Below, piece after piece: positions 30,255 through 41,023 of a stretch of 64,000 bases of DNA. Where the stretch lies: assembly GCA_965225855.1 (NCBI GenBank), contig CBDDCK010000005.1, forward strand, positions 1,760,001 through 1,824,000. The letters are read 5' to 3'. The position numbers were made by a program, and so were the translations under genes. The notes beneath the pieces are model-generated. The model was given only the letters and a program-made list of their open reading frames with translations. It made no database searches and was not told the origin of the DNA. The DNA is from Spirochaetia bacterium (GTDB lineage: Bacteria > Spirochaetota > Spirochaetia > SP-2023). Every line of letters begins with the position of its first letter. Positions within the stretch are counted from its first letter, which is position 1.

Positions 30255-30869
30255 ATGGGGTTATATATGGTAAAGTATCTTTTTGGTATCGTTTTGCTGA
30301 GTGTAGTGTTATTCAGCGGTTGCCTAAGTTTAAAAATTAATTTGCTTTTACCAGATAAAGAATCTGAAAAGGGCAAATTAGAACTTGAATATCGCTTGAG
30401 TAAACCTTTACAAAATATCTCAAATTATCCAGCTCCACGCGATGATATTGCACCCATGCCCCTACCTTTATGGGAATGGGATTTCCGAGCAATTGCAGCA
30501 CAAAGCCCTAGTATTCAATTAGAATACTATTCTTTTATACCAGCTAAAAAGGTTAGGCAGGGTATTGTACGGGCTACCTTGAGCTTTGCCAGTGAAAGTG
30601 ATTTGCGTTTATTGTTGGGCCCTGAATTAAATTGGCAAAGCTCAAGGTTTGGCTGGCAGCTTTCTGCTGTCGGTATTGAAGCTGCAGATGCTAGTTATCC
30701 CCAGCTTGATGCTAGTTTAAATTCAGAGGAAATGGCCCTATTACAACAAATCTTTGCCGGTGAAACGCTGGAACTTACAGTGAAACACGGTACCGTTGAA
30801 AAAAAACAGCAGCTACAGCTTGTAGACTTTTTCAGCGGCAAGCAAAATATAAATTTGAAAATAGAATAG
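30255..30869 (+). CDS. Hypothetical lipoprotein
   Basis: Hydrophobic signal with lipobox FSGC. Confidence 0.65.
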   Translation: MGLYMVKYLFGIVLLSVVLFSGCLSLKINLLLPDKESEKGKLELEYRLSKPLQNISNYPAPRDDIAPMPLPLWEWDFRAIAAQSPSIQLEYYSFIPAKKVRQGIVRATLSFASESDLRLLLGPELNWQSSRFGWQLSAVGIEAADASYPQLDASLNSEEMALLQQIFAGETLELTVKHGTVEKKQQLQLVDFFSGKQNINLKIE

Positions 30870-30897
30870 TCTAACAACAAGTTGAATAAGGAAACCA

Positions 30898-31359
30898 TTG
30901 ATGGCCGTAATATTTTGCAGCGGTTTTGATAAAAACATCTATCCCACAGTTTTTGTTGAAGGTGGAATAGACCGCAACACAGAAATTCACACCTTAACAA
31001 AAGCAGACTTACCCTTGCGTTTGCAAGAGTTGGTTGAGCTTTGTGAACAAAAAGCCAAGTCAGAAGAGCACCAAAAACAAACTATTTATCATGTAAATGA
31101 AGGCAAAGATAAGAGCCAAGCTAGTGAGTTACTGGAAAAACAGCGTTATGTTATTTTTAATGGGGAACGAAGTGCTTTAGATTCAGTGATGAAAGGTTTT
31201 AAAAAAGCCTATAAACCGGCAGCGGGATCGGTTATCTATGCCATGCTTACGCCTACAGCTAAAACATGGACACTAGAAAAATATCTAAGCGAACTTGCTC
31301 AAGAACATATAGAAATGCGCACCAATGCACAGAACATGATACATACAACAAAAAAATAG
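30898..31359 (+). CDS. DUF3783-like protein
   Basis: VIFNG..LDSVMKGFKK...IYAMLTPTAKTWTLEKYLSELAQEH. Confidence 0.65.
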   Translation: MMAVIFCSGFDKNIYPTVFVEGGIDRNTEIHTLTKADLPLRLQELVELCEQKAKSEEHQKQTIYHVNEGKDKSQASELLEKQRYVIFNGERSALDSVMKGFKKAYKPAAGSVIYAMLTPTAKTWTLEKYLSELAQEHIEMRTNAQNMIHTTKK

Positions 31360-31448
31360 AGTTATTACTAAAAGTATTATCAAGAATTGGTAGAAGACCA
31401 ACAGAGCAAATAATCAACCGTTTATCAACCATTCGCTATAGAATGTAA

Positions 31449-31535
31449 CGGAGAGAGAGGGATTCGAACCCTCGGTACCATTGCTGATACAACTCCTTAG
31501 CAGGGAGCCCGATTCAACCACTCTCGCATCTCTCC
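31449..31535 (-). tRNA. tRNA-Ser(GCT)
   Basis: GGAGAGATGCGAGAGTGG...CTGCTAA anticodon loop, long variable arm, GGTTCGAATCCCTCTCTCTCCG. Confidence 0.96.
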
Positions 31536-31628
31536 AAGGAACTATTAAATAGTGTGGAGAACATAAAAGAATATTGATAAAGTGTCAATAAGTTAGTAAG
31601 AATAATTGTATAAAAATTGAATCTTATA

Positions 31629-31657
31629 TTGACAGGTCTCTAACAAGGCTGTACAGT
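31629..31657 (+). promoter_or_regulatory. Sigma70 promoter of sugar ABC operon
   Basis: TTGACA-N17-TACAGT, followed by an AGGAG RBS before 31690. Confidence 0.6.
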
Positions 31658-31689
31658 CCGTAAAAATTAAAATTTACTAGGAGTATTTT

Positions 31690-32964
31690 ATGAACAAAAT
31701 GTATGTGTTCGGACTGTTCGTCCTTATTTCACTTTTTTCTTGTGGCAAAGCAAAAGATGATGGTGCAATGACCATTCTCAATGCGATGGGCTACGGGGAT
31801 AATTCCAATCAAGAAGGTTTGAGTTGGGTACGTATCCTTCAAGAATTTGAAGAGGCCAACCCTGATACAAAAATTGAATCGGAATTGCTTTATGATGAAG
31901 CCTATCACCAGAAAGTAGTTGCCCGCCTTGCTTCAGGAGATGTACCTGATTTAGCTTATATGGGAGCCGATGCTCGTTGGGGCGCACCTTGGAAAAACGC
32001 AAACCAGCAATGGGACCACCGTAAATTTATTGATACTGATTTTTACAATATTGATTTGATTCCCGCTCATGGGCCTAATGGTGAAATATTTGAGATACCT
32101 ATCGGAACTTCAAATATAACAACCGTTTTATTTATGAATACTCGTTTGCTGGAAGAATTAGGTTTGAGTGAACCGCAAACTTATGAAGATTTGGTTGCTA
32201 TGGTTCCGGTGGCCCAAGAAGCTGGTATAGATGTTGTAACGATTGACGGCGCAGATGGCTGGGCCCTTGGTTCTTGTCTGCTTTCTGCTTTTATCGCCCG
32301 AACTTCAGGCGATCCAAACTGGGTATCGAAGGCACTTGCTGGTAAAAATAAATTTAATGATCCAGCATTTGTGCAGGCTTTAGGAATTTTGGAACAAATC
32401 GTGAGTGATGGTGTTTTTTCTAAGAAAGCTGCATTAGTGGACTACGGTAGTAATATATCGAATTTTAATAATGATAAAGCGTTATTTATGGTTCAAGGCC
32501 AGTGGGCAGCCGGTGCCGTTGAAAATAGCAATGTAGCTGATAGAATGAAGCTTTTGGCTTGGCCACAAATGCCCGGTGAATCTGCCAATATGGCAGGTTC
32601 TGTTGCTGCAGCCAGCTCTGTTGGTTATGGCTTAACGAAAAATGGTGCCAGTGATGAAGCCAAGCGCGACCTTGGTTTGGCTTTTATCAAATATTTTAAT
32701 AGTCCTGAAGAAGTAGAGCAAAGATTGCGCGATGGTGCTATTGTTGCACCTATATTGCGTAACTTTAATTTGCCTAGTGATTTGCCGAATGCAACGGTTG
32801 AAAAAGTTCGTTTGGCAAATTCTGCAGTGCAGACCGAAGTAATTGATGCATTCCTAGCAGGTGAACCGAATGAGGTTTTGATGGCAGGAGCTCAAAAAAT
32901 CCTAACGGGTCAGAGTAGTGCTCAAGAAGTTGCCGATGAAATTGAAGAGGCAGTCAAACGCTAA
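31690..32964 (+). CDS. Sugar ABC transporter substrate-binding lipoprotein
   Basis: Lipobox LFSC; ASGDVPDL; FMVQGQW. Confidence 0.9.
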   Translation: MNKMYVFGLFVLISLFSCGKAKDDGAMTILNAMGYGDNSNQEGLSWVRILQEFEEANPDTKIESELLYDEAYHQKVVARLASGDVPDLAYMGADARWGAPWKNANQQWDHRKFIDTDFYNIDLIPAHGPNGEIFEIPIGTSNITTVLFMNTRLLEELGLSEPQTYEDLVAMVPVAQEAGIDVVTIDGADGWALGSCLLSAFIARTSGDPNWVSKALAGKNKFNDPAFVQALGILEQIVSDGVFSKKAALVDYGSNISNFNNDKALFMVQGQWAAGAVENSNVADRMKLLAWPQMPGESANMAGSVAAASSVGYGLTKNGASDEAKRDLGLAFIKYFNSPEEVEQRLRDGAIVAPILRNFNLPSDLPNATVEKVRLANSAVQTEVIDAFLAGEPNEVLMAGAQKILTGQSSAQEVADEIEEAVKR

Positions 32965-32987
32965 AAACGCATTCTTCGCCAATTTTT

Positions 32988-33014
32988 CAGAGGGTCTGTA
33001 GCCCTCTGTTTTTT
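32988..33014 (+). terminator. Intra-operon stem-loop after the SBP gene
   Basis: CAGAGGG-tctgtag-CCCTCTG followed by a T run. Confidence 0.6.
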
Positions 33015-33027
33015 GTAGGGATTATTT

Positions 33028-33933
33028 ATGAAACAAAAAGATTGGGTACCATATTTTAGCTTTGTTGCTCCCGGTTTTCTCCTGTATTTATTCATTATTG
33101 CCTACCCTGTTTTCTATTCTGTATTTTTAAGTTTTAGTGATATGAACCCCAGTAGCGGGCCCGATACTCAAGCGAATTTTGTTGGTCTGTTACAATACCA
33201 AACGATGTTTCAGCATGATTGGTTTTGGCATGCTCTCAAAAATAATATGTTGGTCGTGGCTGTTTCTGTATTTGGGCAGATACCCATTGGTTTGATCTTG
33301 GCCTATATTTTGTTTCGCAATTTAGTTAAGGGGGGAACTGTATTCCAAACCTTGATTTTTTTACCACAGTTTCTTTCTACCATTGTCATTGGGATTTTAT
33401 GGAAACGATTGTTTTCTGCTGACGGCCCAGCTTCCCGTTTGATTCAGCTTATTAACGCAGACCCTCAAGCGCAATTTGATTTAATGTTAAATCCAAATAC
33501 GGTAATGATTCCGATTGCCATTGCTTTGATATGGATGTATACCGGTTTCTATATGATTATTTTTTTGGCCAACATGCAGAAGTTGGACAAAAGCATTCTC
33601 GAATCAGCGAAAATAGACGGGGCCTCTGAATTGCAAGTATTCATAAAGATTATATTTCCATTGCTTTCTGGTACGATTATTGTTTCTTCTATATTAGCTA
33701 TTTCGGGTTCGCTAAAAGGCTTCGATCTAATTTTTGCGATGACAACACAAGGTTTGCAACGCAATAATGCTATGGTCTTACCTATTTTTATGTATCAAGT
33801 TGCATTCCAAGATTATAGTAATCCCATGCGTTTTGCTTTTGGTGCAGCCATTTCTAACATGATTGTGTTGATTAGTGTTTGTATGATTTTATTGAGTAAT
33901 TTTATTGGTAAACGGTTCGGGCATAATGATTAG
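33028..33933 (+). CDS. Sugar ABC transporter permease
   Basis: EAA motif ESAKIDGAS; TM segments. Confidence 0.9.
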   Translation: MKQKDWVPYFSFVAPGFLLYLFIIAYPVFYSVFLSFSDMNPSSGPDTQANFVGLLQYQTMFQHDWFWHALKNNMLVVAVSVFGQIPIGLILAYILFRNLVKGGTVFQTLIFLPQFLSTIVIGILWKRLFSADGPASRLIQLINADPQAQFDLMLNPNTVMIPIAIALIWMYTGFYMIIFLANMQKLDKSILESAKIDGASELQVFIKIIFPLLSGTIIVSSILAISGSLKGFDLIFAMTTQGLQRNNAMVLPIFMYQVAFQDYSNPMRFAFGAAISNMIVLISVCMILLSNFIGKRFGHND

Positions 33934-33978
33934 AATTTTTAATCATTTGAGTATGGTAACAAAAGTTTCTACTGTTTT

Positions 33979-35115
33979 TTGCAATCTTATGTGAGAGCGA
34001 TTATGGAAAATCAAAGACAAAATATATGGCCATCTTTTTGGGTTGTGTCAACAAAATTTGTTTCATATGGTATTTTTATCGTTTGGGCTTTGGTTACTGT
34101 GTTGCCATTGTTCTGGATGTTATATTCTTCATTTAAATCCAATGAAGAATTGACGCGCGATATTTATCGTTTTCCGCATGATTTATTTGATAACTATAAT
34201 GATGAATATAAAGTTATCGCACCCAGCCGCAATTTAATATTGCCTTACAATTCCAAAAAAGATAAGCAAGAACGGTTGATTATTGAGTCTACCAGCATTG
34301 CCCCTGGTAGGCGTTTAATGGTTTTTTTCTTGTTGAAAGAAACTTTACCGCATGCTTTAGCTACGCTGAAAGAGGGAGACACCCTGCGTGTTTCACAACT
34401 GCCGTCAAAACTTAGATGGCGCATTCATTGGCAAACAATTTGGTTTAATTATCGTTCTGCTTTTTTTCGCGGTGGTTTATTACAGAAATTTTTCAATAGT
34501 GTTTTTTATGCTTCCGTCTCGACTATTTTGGTTATATTGCTTGGAGCAATGATTAGTTTTGCCATTAGTAAAATGAATTTCCCTAAAACTTCGCGTATCA
34601 TTATGGGGACGATTGGTTTAGGTTATTTAATCAGTATACCCTCTCTAATAATTCCTTTATTTTTAATGCTTTCTAAAGTTGGACTGACCAATTCACATTT
34701 TGGTTTGACGATGGTATATGTTGCCACCGGTTTACCGCTGTCCGTATTGCTAATGGCGCAATTTATGCAGGGCCTGCCTGATAGTTTAATTGAGTCGGGT
34801 TATATAGATGGGGCCAATAGTTACCTGGTTTTTTCTGCCATAATTCTTCCTATGACGGCACCGGTAATGATTACTATTGGTATTATTAGCTTCCTTGGTG
34901 TTTGGAATGAATTCCTCTTAGTATTAGTACTCGCCAGTACCGAAGCTACAAAGTCCTTGCCTGTAGGGGTTTTTTCTTTTTCCAGTTTAACTGGGACGCA
35001 GTTGGGTTGGCAGTTGGCCGCTTTGGTTATGGCTACATTTCCTGCGATGTTTGTTTATTTTTCTTTCAGCAAAGATATTATGCAAGGGGTAGTTACAGGA
35101 GCTGTAAAAGGCTAG
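33979..35115 (+). CDS. Sugar ABC transporter permease with extended extracytoplasmic loop
   Basis: ESGYIDGAN, WNEFL, C-terminal GAVKG. Likely start is MENQRQ. Confidence 0.9.
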   Translation: MQSYVRAIMENQRQNIWPSFWVVSTKFVSYGIFIVWALVTVLPLFWMLYSSFKSNEELTRDIYRFPHDLFDNYNDEYKVIAPSRNLILPYNSKKDKQERLIIESTSIAPGRRLMVFFLLKETLPHALATLKEGDTLRVSQLPSKLRWRIHWQTIWFNYRSAFFRGGLLQKFFNSVFYASVSTILVILLGAMISFAISKMNFPKTSRIIMGTIGLGYLISIPSLIIPLFLMLSKVGLTNSHFGLTMVYVATGLPLSVLLMAQFMQGLPDSLIESGYIDGANSYLVFSAIILPMTAPVMITIGIISFLGVWNEFLLVLVLASTEATKSLPVGVFSFSSLTGTQLGWQLAALVMATFPAMFVYFSFSKDIMQGVVTGAVKG

Positions 35116-35265
35116 TAATTCAAAACAAAAGCGAAATGCCTTATTTTATATGGCATAAATTATACTAAATTATATTTATTGGAAAAATATTTTGCCAGAT
35201 GCCTGCTAATTATGATGATCATAATAAGATATAAAATAAATTCTCAAGACTTAGGAGTGTCTTAA

Positions 35266-35931
35266 ATGAGTGAATCTTTAATAGTTGCACCTTCCATTCT
35301 TTCTGCTAATTTTGCTAGTATGGGGGAAGATACCAAAACTCTTGAATCATCGGGGGCTGACTGGATTCATATCGATATTATGGATGGCAGTTTTGTTCCT
35401 CCCATTACTTTTGGAGCTCAAATGGTGCAAGCATTGCGTTCTTATAGTTCACTACCTTTTGATGTGCATTTGATGGTTGAACATCCAGAAACTCAAGTAG
35501 AGAATTTTGTTCAAGCTGGGGCTGACTTTATTACCTTTCATTTAGAAGCAACTATTCATGCCCATCGTTTATTACAACATATAAAGAATTTAGGTAAAAA
35601 AGCGGGTATAGCCATTGTGCCATCTACTCCTGTTTCCGCCTTGAATGAACTACTTTGTGAAGTGGATATTATTTTAGTCATGTCGGTAAACCCTGGTTAT
35701 GGTGGCCAAACAATGATAGACCAAACCCTGAAAAAAATAGCCCTGTTAGATACAATACGCAGGGAAAATAATTTCCACTACCAAATTTCCATTGATGGTG
35801 GGGTCAATCTCAATACAATTCAAGCTACCCGTCAAAGTGGTGTCGATATTATTGTGGTCGGTTCAGCTTTTTTTGCCCAATCGGATATAGTTTCTAGGAA
35901 AAAATTTGTTGAGAATTTAGGACAAATGTAG
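35266..35931 (+). CDS. rpe: Ribulose-phosphate 3-epimerase
   Basis: APSILSANF, HIDIMDG, DVHLMV, MSVNPGYGGQ, IDGGVN. Confidence 0.96.
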   Translation: MSESLIVAPSILSANFASMGEDTKTLESSGADWIHIDIMDGSFVPPITFGAQMVQALRSYSSLPFDVHLMVEHPETQVENFVQAGADFITFHLEATIHAHRLLQHIKNLGKKAGIAIVPSTPVSALNELLCEVDIILVMSVNPGYGGQTMIDQTLKKIALLDTIRRENNFHYQISIDGGVNLNTIQATRQSGVDIIVVGSAFFAQSDIVSRKKFVENLGQM

Positions 35932-35934
35932 TCT

Positions 35935-37362
35935 ATGTTGGTTAAATTGTTACGCAGTTTGAGCTGTTCACATTTTCGTTTTTCACAGGGTGGTTTAAAG
36001 CTTAAGGAATTTAAGACCAATTTTGCTCCTGTCATAGAATATATAGAGTCTCCTGCTAAAATTGAAATTCTTTTATTACAGCATATTGGGCCGATGGCTA
36101 AGTCCGTGGTCGATATCGGCCAGTATGTAGAAGCTCAACAATTGCTAGCAAAAACGGCTGAAGATGGTTTTTTGTACAGTCGTATTCACTCACCAATGAG
36201 CGGTGTTGTTACAGCAATTCAAAGTCGCACTTTGGCCAGCGGAGCCAAAATAGAAAGTATTGTTATTGAGTATGAAGAAAAGCCAGTAGCTTCGATTGGC
36301 AATACGAGTAACCCAAATTTATATAGCGGGCAATCCCAAAGTTGGCGCAAGAAAAATGGTGGTGGTCTTAAAGAAATAAGCCAACGGATTGCTGCTGCTG
36401 GTATTGTTGGCATGGGTGGAGCAACGTTTCCCAGTGATATAAAGTTACAGCTACTCGCGAATCGCAAATGTGATTATTTGCTACTCAATGCTGTTGAATG
36501 TGAACCTTATTTACATAGCGATGCTAGTTTGCTCCGCGAGATGGCTATCGATGTGGTCGGAGGTATCGACGTTTTAGCCGAAAGCCTGAAACCTAAGTAT
36601 ATCGCAATTGGTTTAGAGCAAAGTAGTATAGAGCTGACGAAGCCTCTAAAAACAGCCATTCAGAAATATCGCAATGATCTAGAAACAAAGGGCATTGGGG
36701 CTGAAAGTTTACCACCTATACGGTTTGTCGTGTTGAAGAATCGCTACCCTCAAGGTGCAGAATCTCAATTGATAGAAGCCATTAGTGGCCGCCGAGTTGG
36801 GCCGGGCCAATTGCCCCAAGAGCTTGGTTGCTTGGTTGTCAATGTGGCCACCAGTAAAGCTATTTACGATGCTGTTGAGCGTGGGTTACCTTTGACACGG
36901 CGCATTATTACAGTAGCTGGTGGTGCGGTATGCCAGCCTAAAATATTTAACGCACCACTGGGTACCCCCTTAGATGAATTGCTTAAACGGTGTGGTGGTT
37001 TCCATAAGCCTGTAGAGCGTATGATGAACGGCGGGCCGTTGATGGGGCGTTCTTTTTACGATTTGCAACAGTTTGTTACCAAGGGTTCTACAGGGTTTTT
37101 ATTCTTAACGGCTGAAGAAGTAGCGCAAAAGAAACAACGGCCTTGCATTCGTTGTGATGCCTGCATTGCCGTTTGCCCAATGGGGCTAGAGCCCGTGGCG
37201 ATGTTCCAAAATATTTTGGCAGAGAAACTCGAACAGGCTGTGGCTATTGGCCTAGCTAATTGTATTGATTGCGGAGCTTGTGCCAGTATATGTCCATCGC
37301 AAATTCCATTGGTACAAAGCTTTACTATGGCTAAAGTACGTTGCCAACAAGAATATCTATAA
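35935..37362 (+). CDS. rnfC: Rnf electron transport complex subunit C
   Basis: GIVGMGGATFP, NAVECEPY, GGPLMG, two 4Fe-4S motifs (CIRCDAC, CIDCGAC). Confidence 0.92.
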   Translation: MLVKLLRSLSCSHFRFSQGGLKLKEFKTNFAPVIEYIESPAKIEILLLQHIGPMAKSVVDIGQYVEAQQLLAKTAEDGFLYSRIHSPMSGVVTAIQSRTLASGAKIESIVIEYEEKPVASIGNTSNPNLYSGQSQSWRKKNGGGLKEISQRIAAAGIVGMGGATFPSDIKLQLLANRKCDYLLLNAVECEPYLHSDASLLREMAIDVVGGIDVLAESLKPKYIAIGLEQSSIELTKPLKTAIQKYRNDLETKGIGAESLPPIRFVVLKNRYPQGAESQLIEAISGRRVGPGQLPQELGCLVVNVATSKAIYDAVERGLPLTRRIITVAGGAVCQPKIFNAPLGTPLDELLKRCGGFHKPVERMMNGGPLMGRSFYDLQQFVTKGSTGFLFLTAEEVAQKKQRPCIRCDACIAVCPMGLEPVAMFQNILAEKLEQAVAIGLANCIDCGACASICPSQIPLVQSFTMAKVRCQQEYL

Positions 37363-38585
37363 AGTTTCATTATGGGGTGTCTATGCTGCAAAGACAGAAG
37401 CTAACAAAAACATCAAGGCCAAAGGATTCGCACTTAGTTACCAATACGGTATACCATTCGCCACACTTATTCAGTTCCCAAGGTAGTGCTCTAATCATGT
37501 GGCTGGTTAGCCTTTGTCTATTACCTGCTGCGCTTTGGGGCGTATGGCTATATGGCTGGCATGCTTTGCGTGTAATTACCCTTTGTATTTTTGCCTGCCT
37601 AGTTAGCGAAACGATATGTAATCTGTTATCAGGAAGGGATAAAAAACGTTTATACCAAAACTATTATCACACAATAGAGTGGACGGTAATAGATGGTAGT
37701 GCTTTCGTTACAGGCCTATTATTGGGTATGAATCTACCGTCTTTAGTGCCTTGGTATGTCCCTATCTTCGGTGGTATGTTTGCCATATTCGTTGGTAAAT
37801 GGAGTTTTGGTGGCCTAGGGGCAAACTGGGCTAACCCAGCTTTAGTAGGTCGTGCCTTTGTATTCTTTTCATTTAGTGATGAAATGGCTAATTGGCCACA
37901 GCCAAGCTGTGTATGGCAAGATCAAACACTGCAATATTTCAATGCTATTAGTTCTGCAAGCCCTTTAACTGTTTTTAAAGTAGGTCTAGATAGCCATAGA
38001 GTAGGTGTTGAGCATAGTGCATTAGAGACTTGGGGTGCTACTATGCAGTTTTCTACAGCTAATGAAAGCTTAACGAATCTATTCTTTGGTTTTCACGGCG
38101 GCTCTATCGGTGAGGCATCGAGTTTGCTTTTAATACTAGGGGCTTTGGTCTTGCTTAGCTTAAATATAATCGGTTGGCATATCCCCTTGGCATTTATTAG
38201 TAGCTTTGCTTTGTTGACTTGGGTTTTCGGTGGTCTGCGCCAAGGATTTGGCTTATTCCACGGTGAAGTTTTATTCCACTTGTTCAGCGGTGGCCTAATG
38301 TTGGGTGCTTGGTTTATGGCTACAGATTATGCCGGCTGCCCCAAAATGCCATTAGGTAAATTGATTTTTGCCCTAGGTTGCGGTGTTTTGAGTTTTTTAG
38401 CTCGATTTTATGGTTCATATCCCGAAGGTATTATGCTCGCCATCTTATTTATGAATGTTTGGACGCCGACCCTCGATATTGTAATTCAGCCTTGTGTCTT
38501 TGGTTCTGGTAAACAAGGTGGTTGGCAACAGCGTTGGCGTGAGGAACGGCAACATAAACGCATTCTCAAACAGCCTTATTATTGA
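37341..38585 (+). CDS. rnfD: Rnf complex subunit D
   Basis: FGGLGANWANPALVGRAF, GGSIGEAS, FMATD, YPEG. Confidence 0.92.
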   Translation: MPTRISIKFHYGVSMLQRQKLTKTSRPKDSHLVTNTVYHSPHLFSSQGSALIMWLVSLCLLPAALWGVWLYGWHALRVITLCIFACLVSETICNLLSGRDKKRLYQNYYHTIEWTVIDGSAFVTGLLLGMNLPSLVPWYVPIFGGMFAIFVGKWSFGGLGANWANPALVGRAFVFFSFSDEMANWPQPSCVWQDQTLQYFNAISSASPLTVFKVGLDSHRVGVEHSALETWGATMQFSTANESLTNLFFGFHGGSIGEASSLLLILGALVLLSLNIIGWHIPLAFISSFALLTWVFGGLRQGFGLFHGEVLFHLFSGGLMLGAWFMATDYAGCPKMPLGKLIFALGCGVLSFLARFYGSYPEGIMLAILFMNVWTPTLDIVIQPCVFGSGKQGGWQQRWREERQHKRILKQPYY

Positions 38586-38597
38586 GCGGAATAGAAA

Positions 38598-39284
38598 ATG
38601 AATAAGCAGCCTTCATTATATCGCGCTCCGTTGGCACTAACTACTATTTGCTTAGTTGCTGTCAGTACTTTAGCCATTGTTAATTTGGCCACAAAGGATA
38701 AAATCGCTTATGTCAAAGAACAATATCAATTGGCAGCCTTAGGGGCTCTCTTGGCCCGTAGTACCCAAATGCTCAATTATTATGCACCTACTGCCCAAGT
38801 GCCCAAAGCTTTGAAAATAATTGCATGGGGCGCAATAGCTAAAAATGAAGCCATTACTGATTCTGAATTTGTGCAGCAACTCTATCATATTGCCAAAGTA
38901 CAGCTAACTACAACTAATGATGAGATATATCCTTTAGAGAAAGCTATTCCAGAGCTTTATATTTTGAAGCTGATGGGGCAGGGGTTTGGTGGGCCGTTGG
39001 AATTATTGGTAGCCTACCGCATAGATGGTAGCCTCTATCATGCACTGTTGCTCGACCATAATGAAACCCCAGGCTTTGGTAAAAAGGCTGAAGACCCGTC
39101 CTATATGCAGATGTTTTGGGATAAGAAGTTAGAGGCTATACCGGCTCGTAAGCAACAATTACAACATTCGTATTTCGATGCGGTTAGCGGTAGTACTATT
39201 TCATTCCAAGCGATTGCATCTGTGCTACAATCTGGGGCTGCTTGGCTAATCAATAAATATAAACTAAGGAAACACAAAATATGA
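38598..39284 (+). CDS. rnfG: Rnf complex subunit G (FMN-binding)
   Basis: GFGGP, HNETPGFG, DAVSGSTIS. Confidence 0.88.
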   Translation: MNKQPSLYRAPLALTTICLVAVSTLAIVNLATKDKIAYVKEQYQLAALGALLARSTQMLNYYAPTAQVPKALKIIAWGAIAKNEAITDSEFVQQLYHIAKVQLTTTNDEIYPLEKAIPELYILKLMGQGFGGPLELLVAYRIDGSLYHALLLDHNETPGFGKKAEDPSYMQMFWDKKLEAIPARKQQLQHSYFDAVSGSTISFQAIASVLQSGAAWLINKYKLRKHKI

Positions 39285-39949
39285 AGGGTGAATTACAGCA
39301 ACGCTTGATCGATAGAAACCCTGTGCTAGTGGATTTTATTGGCCTATGTCCAGTGTTAGCCGTAACTAATACGGTATACAATGCTGTGGGTATGTCTTTA
39401 GGGACATCGGTCGTATTGCTATTTAGTTCTTTGGTTGTTTCAATACTACGCCAGCTAATCCCCCATGAAGTACGTATGCCTAGCTATATTATTATTATTG
39501 CCAGCTTAGTTAGTGTAGTGGATATGTTGATGGAAGCTTATACGCCGGTACTTTCTCGAGAATTGGGTGCTTTTATTTCTTTGATTGTTGTCAATTGCCT
39601 AATACTTGGGCAGGTAGAATCCCATGCATCAAAGAACCCACCTATAGCTAGTCTGTGGCATTCTTTTTGTACTGCTGTAGGTTTCAGCTTTGGCCTTATT
39701 CTGGTAGCAGCTTGCCGAGAGCTTCTAGGTAGCGCCAGCATTACGATTGCAAACCCTAATCTATGGAGTGAAGCAGTAACTTGGCTGGGGCTATTGACTT
39801 TCCACCGTGGCAAAATCCTAACGCCATTGAGTTACGCACAGGGTGGCAGCCCTCTTACTTTGCTAACTATGCCGGCTGGGGCTTTGTTTGTGGTTGGTTA
39901 TCTAGGGGCTTTCTTTTCGTGGTTACAACGGCATAAAACTAAAGCTTAA
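39281..39949 (+). CDS. rnfE: Rnf complex subunit E
   Basis: NPVLV..GLCPVLAVT, VRMP, LIVVNCLILG, RELLG. Confidence 0.9.
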   Translation: MKGELQQRLIDRNPVLVDFIGLCPVLAVTNTVYNAVGMSLGTSVVLLFSSLVVSILRQLIPHEVRMPSYIIIIASLVSVVDMLMEAYTPVLSRELGAFISLIVVNCLILGQVESHASKNPPIASLWHSFCTAVGFSFGLILVAACRELLGSASITIANPNLWSEAVTWLGLLTFHRGKILTPLSYAQGGSPLTLLTMPAGALFVVGYLGAFFSWLQRHKTKA

Positions 39950-40142
39950 CTGTTCCTCTTTTTAACCACAAGATAATGTATGGCCGATGTCCGCTATAGG
40001 AGAATTTTACAGATATAATCATAATACTAGTAGGGACGAAACTGTATTCGATAAAAATATGGATTCCATCTTTTGCGATTCCCCATTGGCAAATCGGCAT
40101 AGCAAGTGGCCAAGGATTATTTAGTAGAAAAACATTTATATC

Positions 40143-40211
40143 TTGGAAGTGGGTTACTACCAGCTTAGTAGTTGATGATTACCAGTTTGGAAGTGGGTTA
40201 CTACCAGCTTA
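40143..40211. repeat. 22-bp A-B-A repeat upstream of the DNA-binding protein gene
   Basis: TTGGAAGTGGGTTACTACCAGC / TTAGTAGTTGATGATTACCAGT / TTGGAAGTGGGTTACTACCAGC. Confidence 0.8.
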
Positions 40212-40297
40212 AAAATTTAAAATAGTTTTTTGTCATAGCTATTGACACGCAATGCCGATAATCTTTTAATAGCCCTATCTATAGTAAAGGAGCTATT

Positions 40298-41023
40298 ATG
40301 GCATTGCAATACGAATTATATAAAAACCAATTGGGGTCCAACCCTAGCGGCTACTATGCACGGACGGTAAACCAACAAATACACAACCGTGACAAGCTGA
40401 TTGAGATGATGCTCAATCGCGGTAGTTCCCTGGCCAAGGCGGATATTGAAGCTGCTCTTATTTGCTTTGAAGAAGCTATTATGCAAATAATCAAAGATGG
40501 CGATGGCTTAAACACTGGTATTTTTAGCATGCATTTGGATATTAAAGGCACCTTTGCCGATGCCAATAGCTACTTTAACCCTAGCGAAAACAAGATAGCT
40601 ATCAATATTAATGCCTCCAAACCGTTGAAGGATTTACTAGCTGAGGTGGTGCTACAGAGAGTCTATGGCTCTGGAAAGGAAAGTAAAATAACTTCGGTAG
40701 AAGATACGTTGAGCAAGACCACCAATAAAACCTTGAGCGAAGGCGGGCCAGTAAAAGTTTCGGGCTATTTAATCAAAATCATAGCGACCCAGCCCAGCGA
40801 CAATAAAGAAGGCCTATACGCAGTTTCCCTAAGCGATGGTAGTTCTACTAAGTTCCCCACCCAAGTAAGAAACACACCTTCACAACTGATCTATCTAGCC
40901 CCCAGTTCCCTACCCTCGGATGACTACCGCTTAGAAGTGCGTACCTATGGTATTAGCAATAAAACCAAAAGTGGCAAAACCTTGCGAGTAATTTCCTCAG
41001 ACGTAATTTTTAGCGTTAGCTAG
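40298..41023 (+). CDS. HU-like DNA-binding protein with C-terminal Ig-like (DUF4469-type) domain
   Basis: YYART, RGSSLAKADI, GIFSMHLDIKGTF; C-terminal RNTPSQLI...YRLEVRT. Confidence 0.72.
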   Translation: MALQYELYKNQLGSNPSGYYARTVNQQIHNRDKLIEMMLNRGSSLAKADIEAALICFEEAIMQIIKDGDGLNTGIFSMHLDIKGTFADANSYFNPSENKIAININASKPLKDLLAEVVLQRVYGSGKESKITSVEDTLSKTTNKTLSEGGPVKVSGYLIKIIATQPSDNKEGLYAVSLSDGSSTKFPTQVRNTPSQLIYLAPSSLPSDDYRLEVRTYGISNKTKSGKTLRVISSDVIFSVS

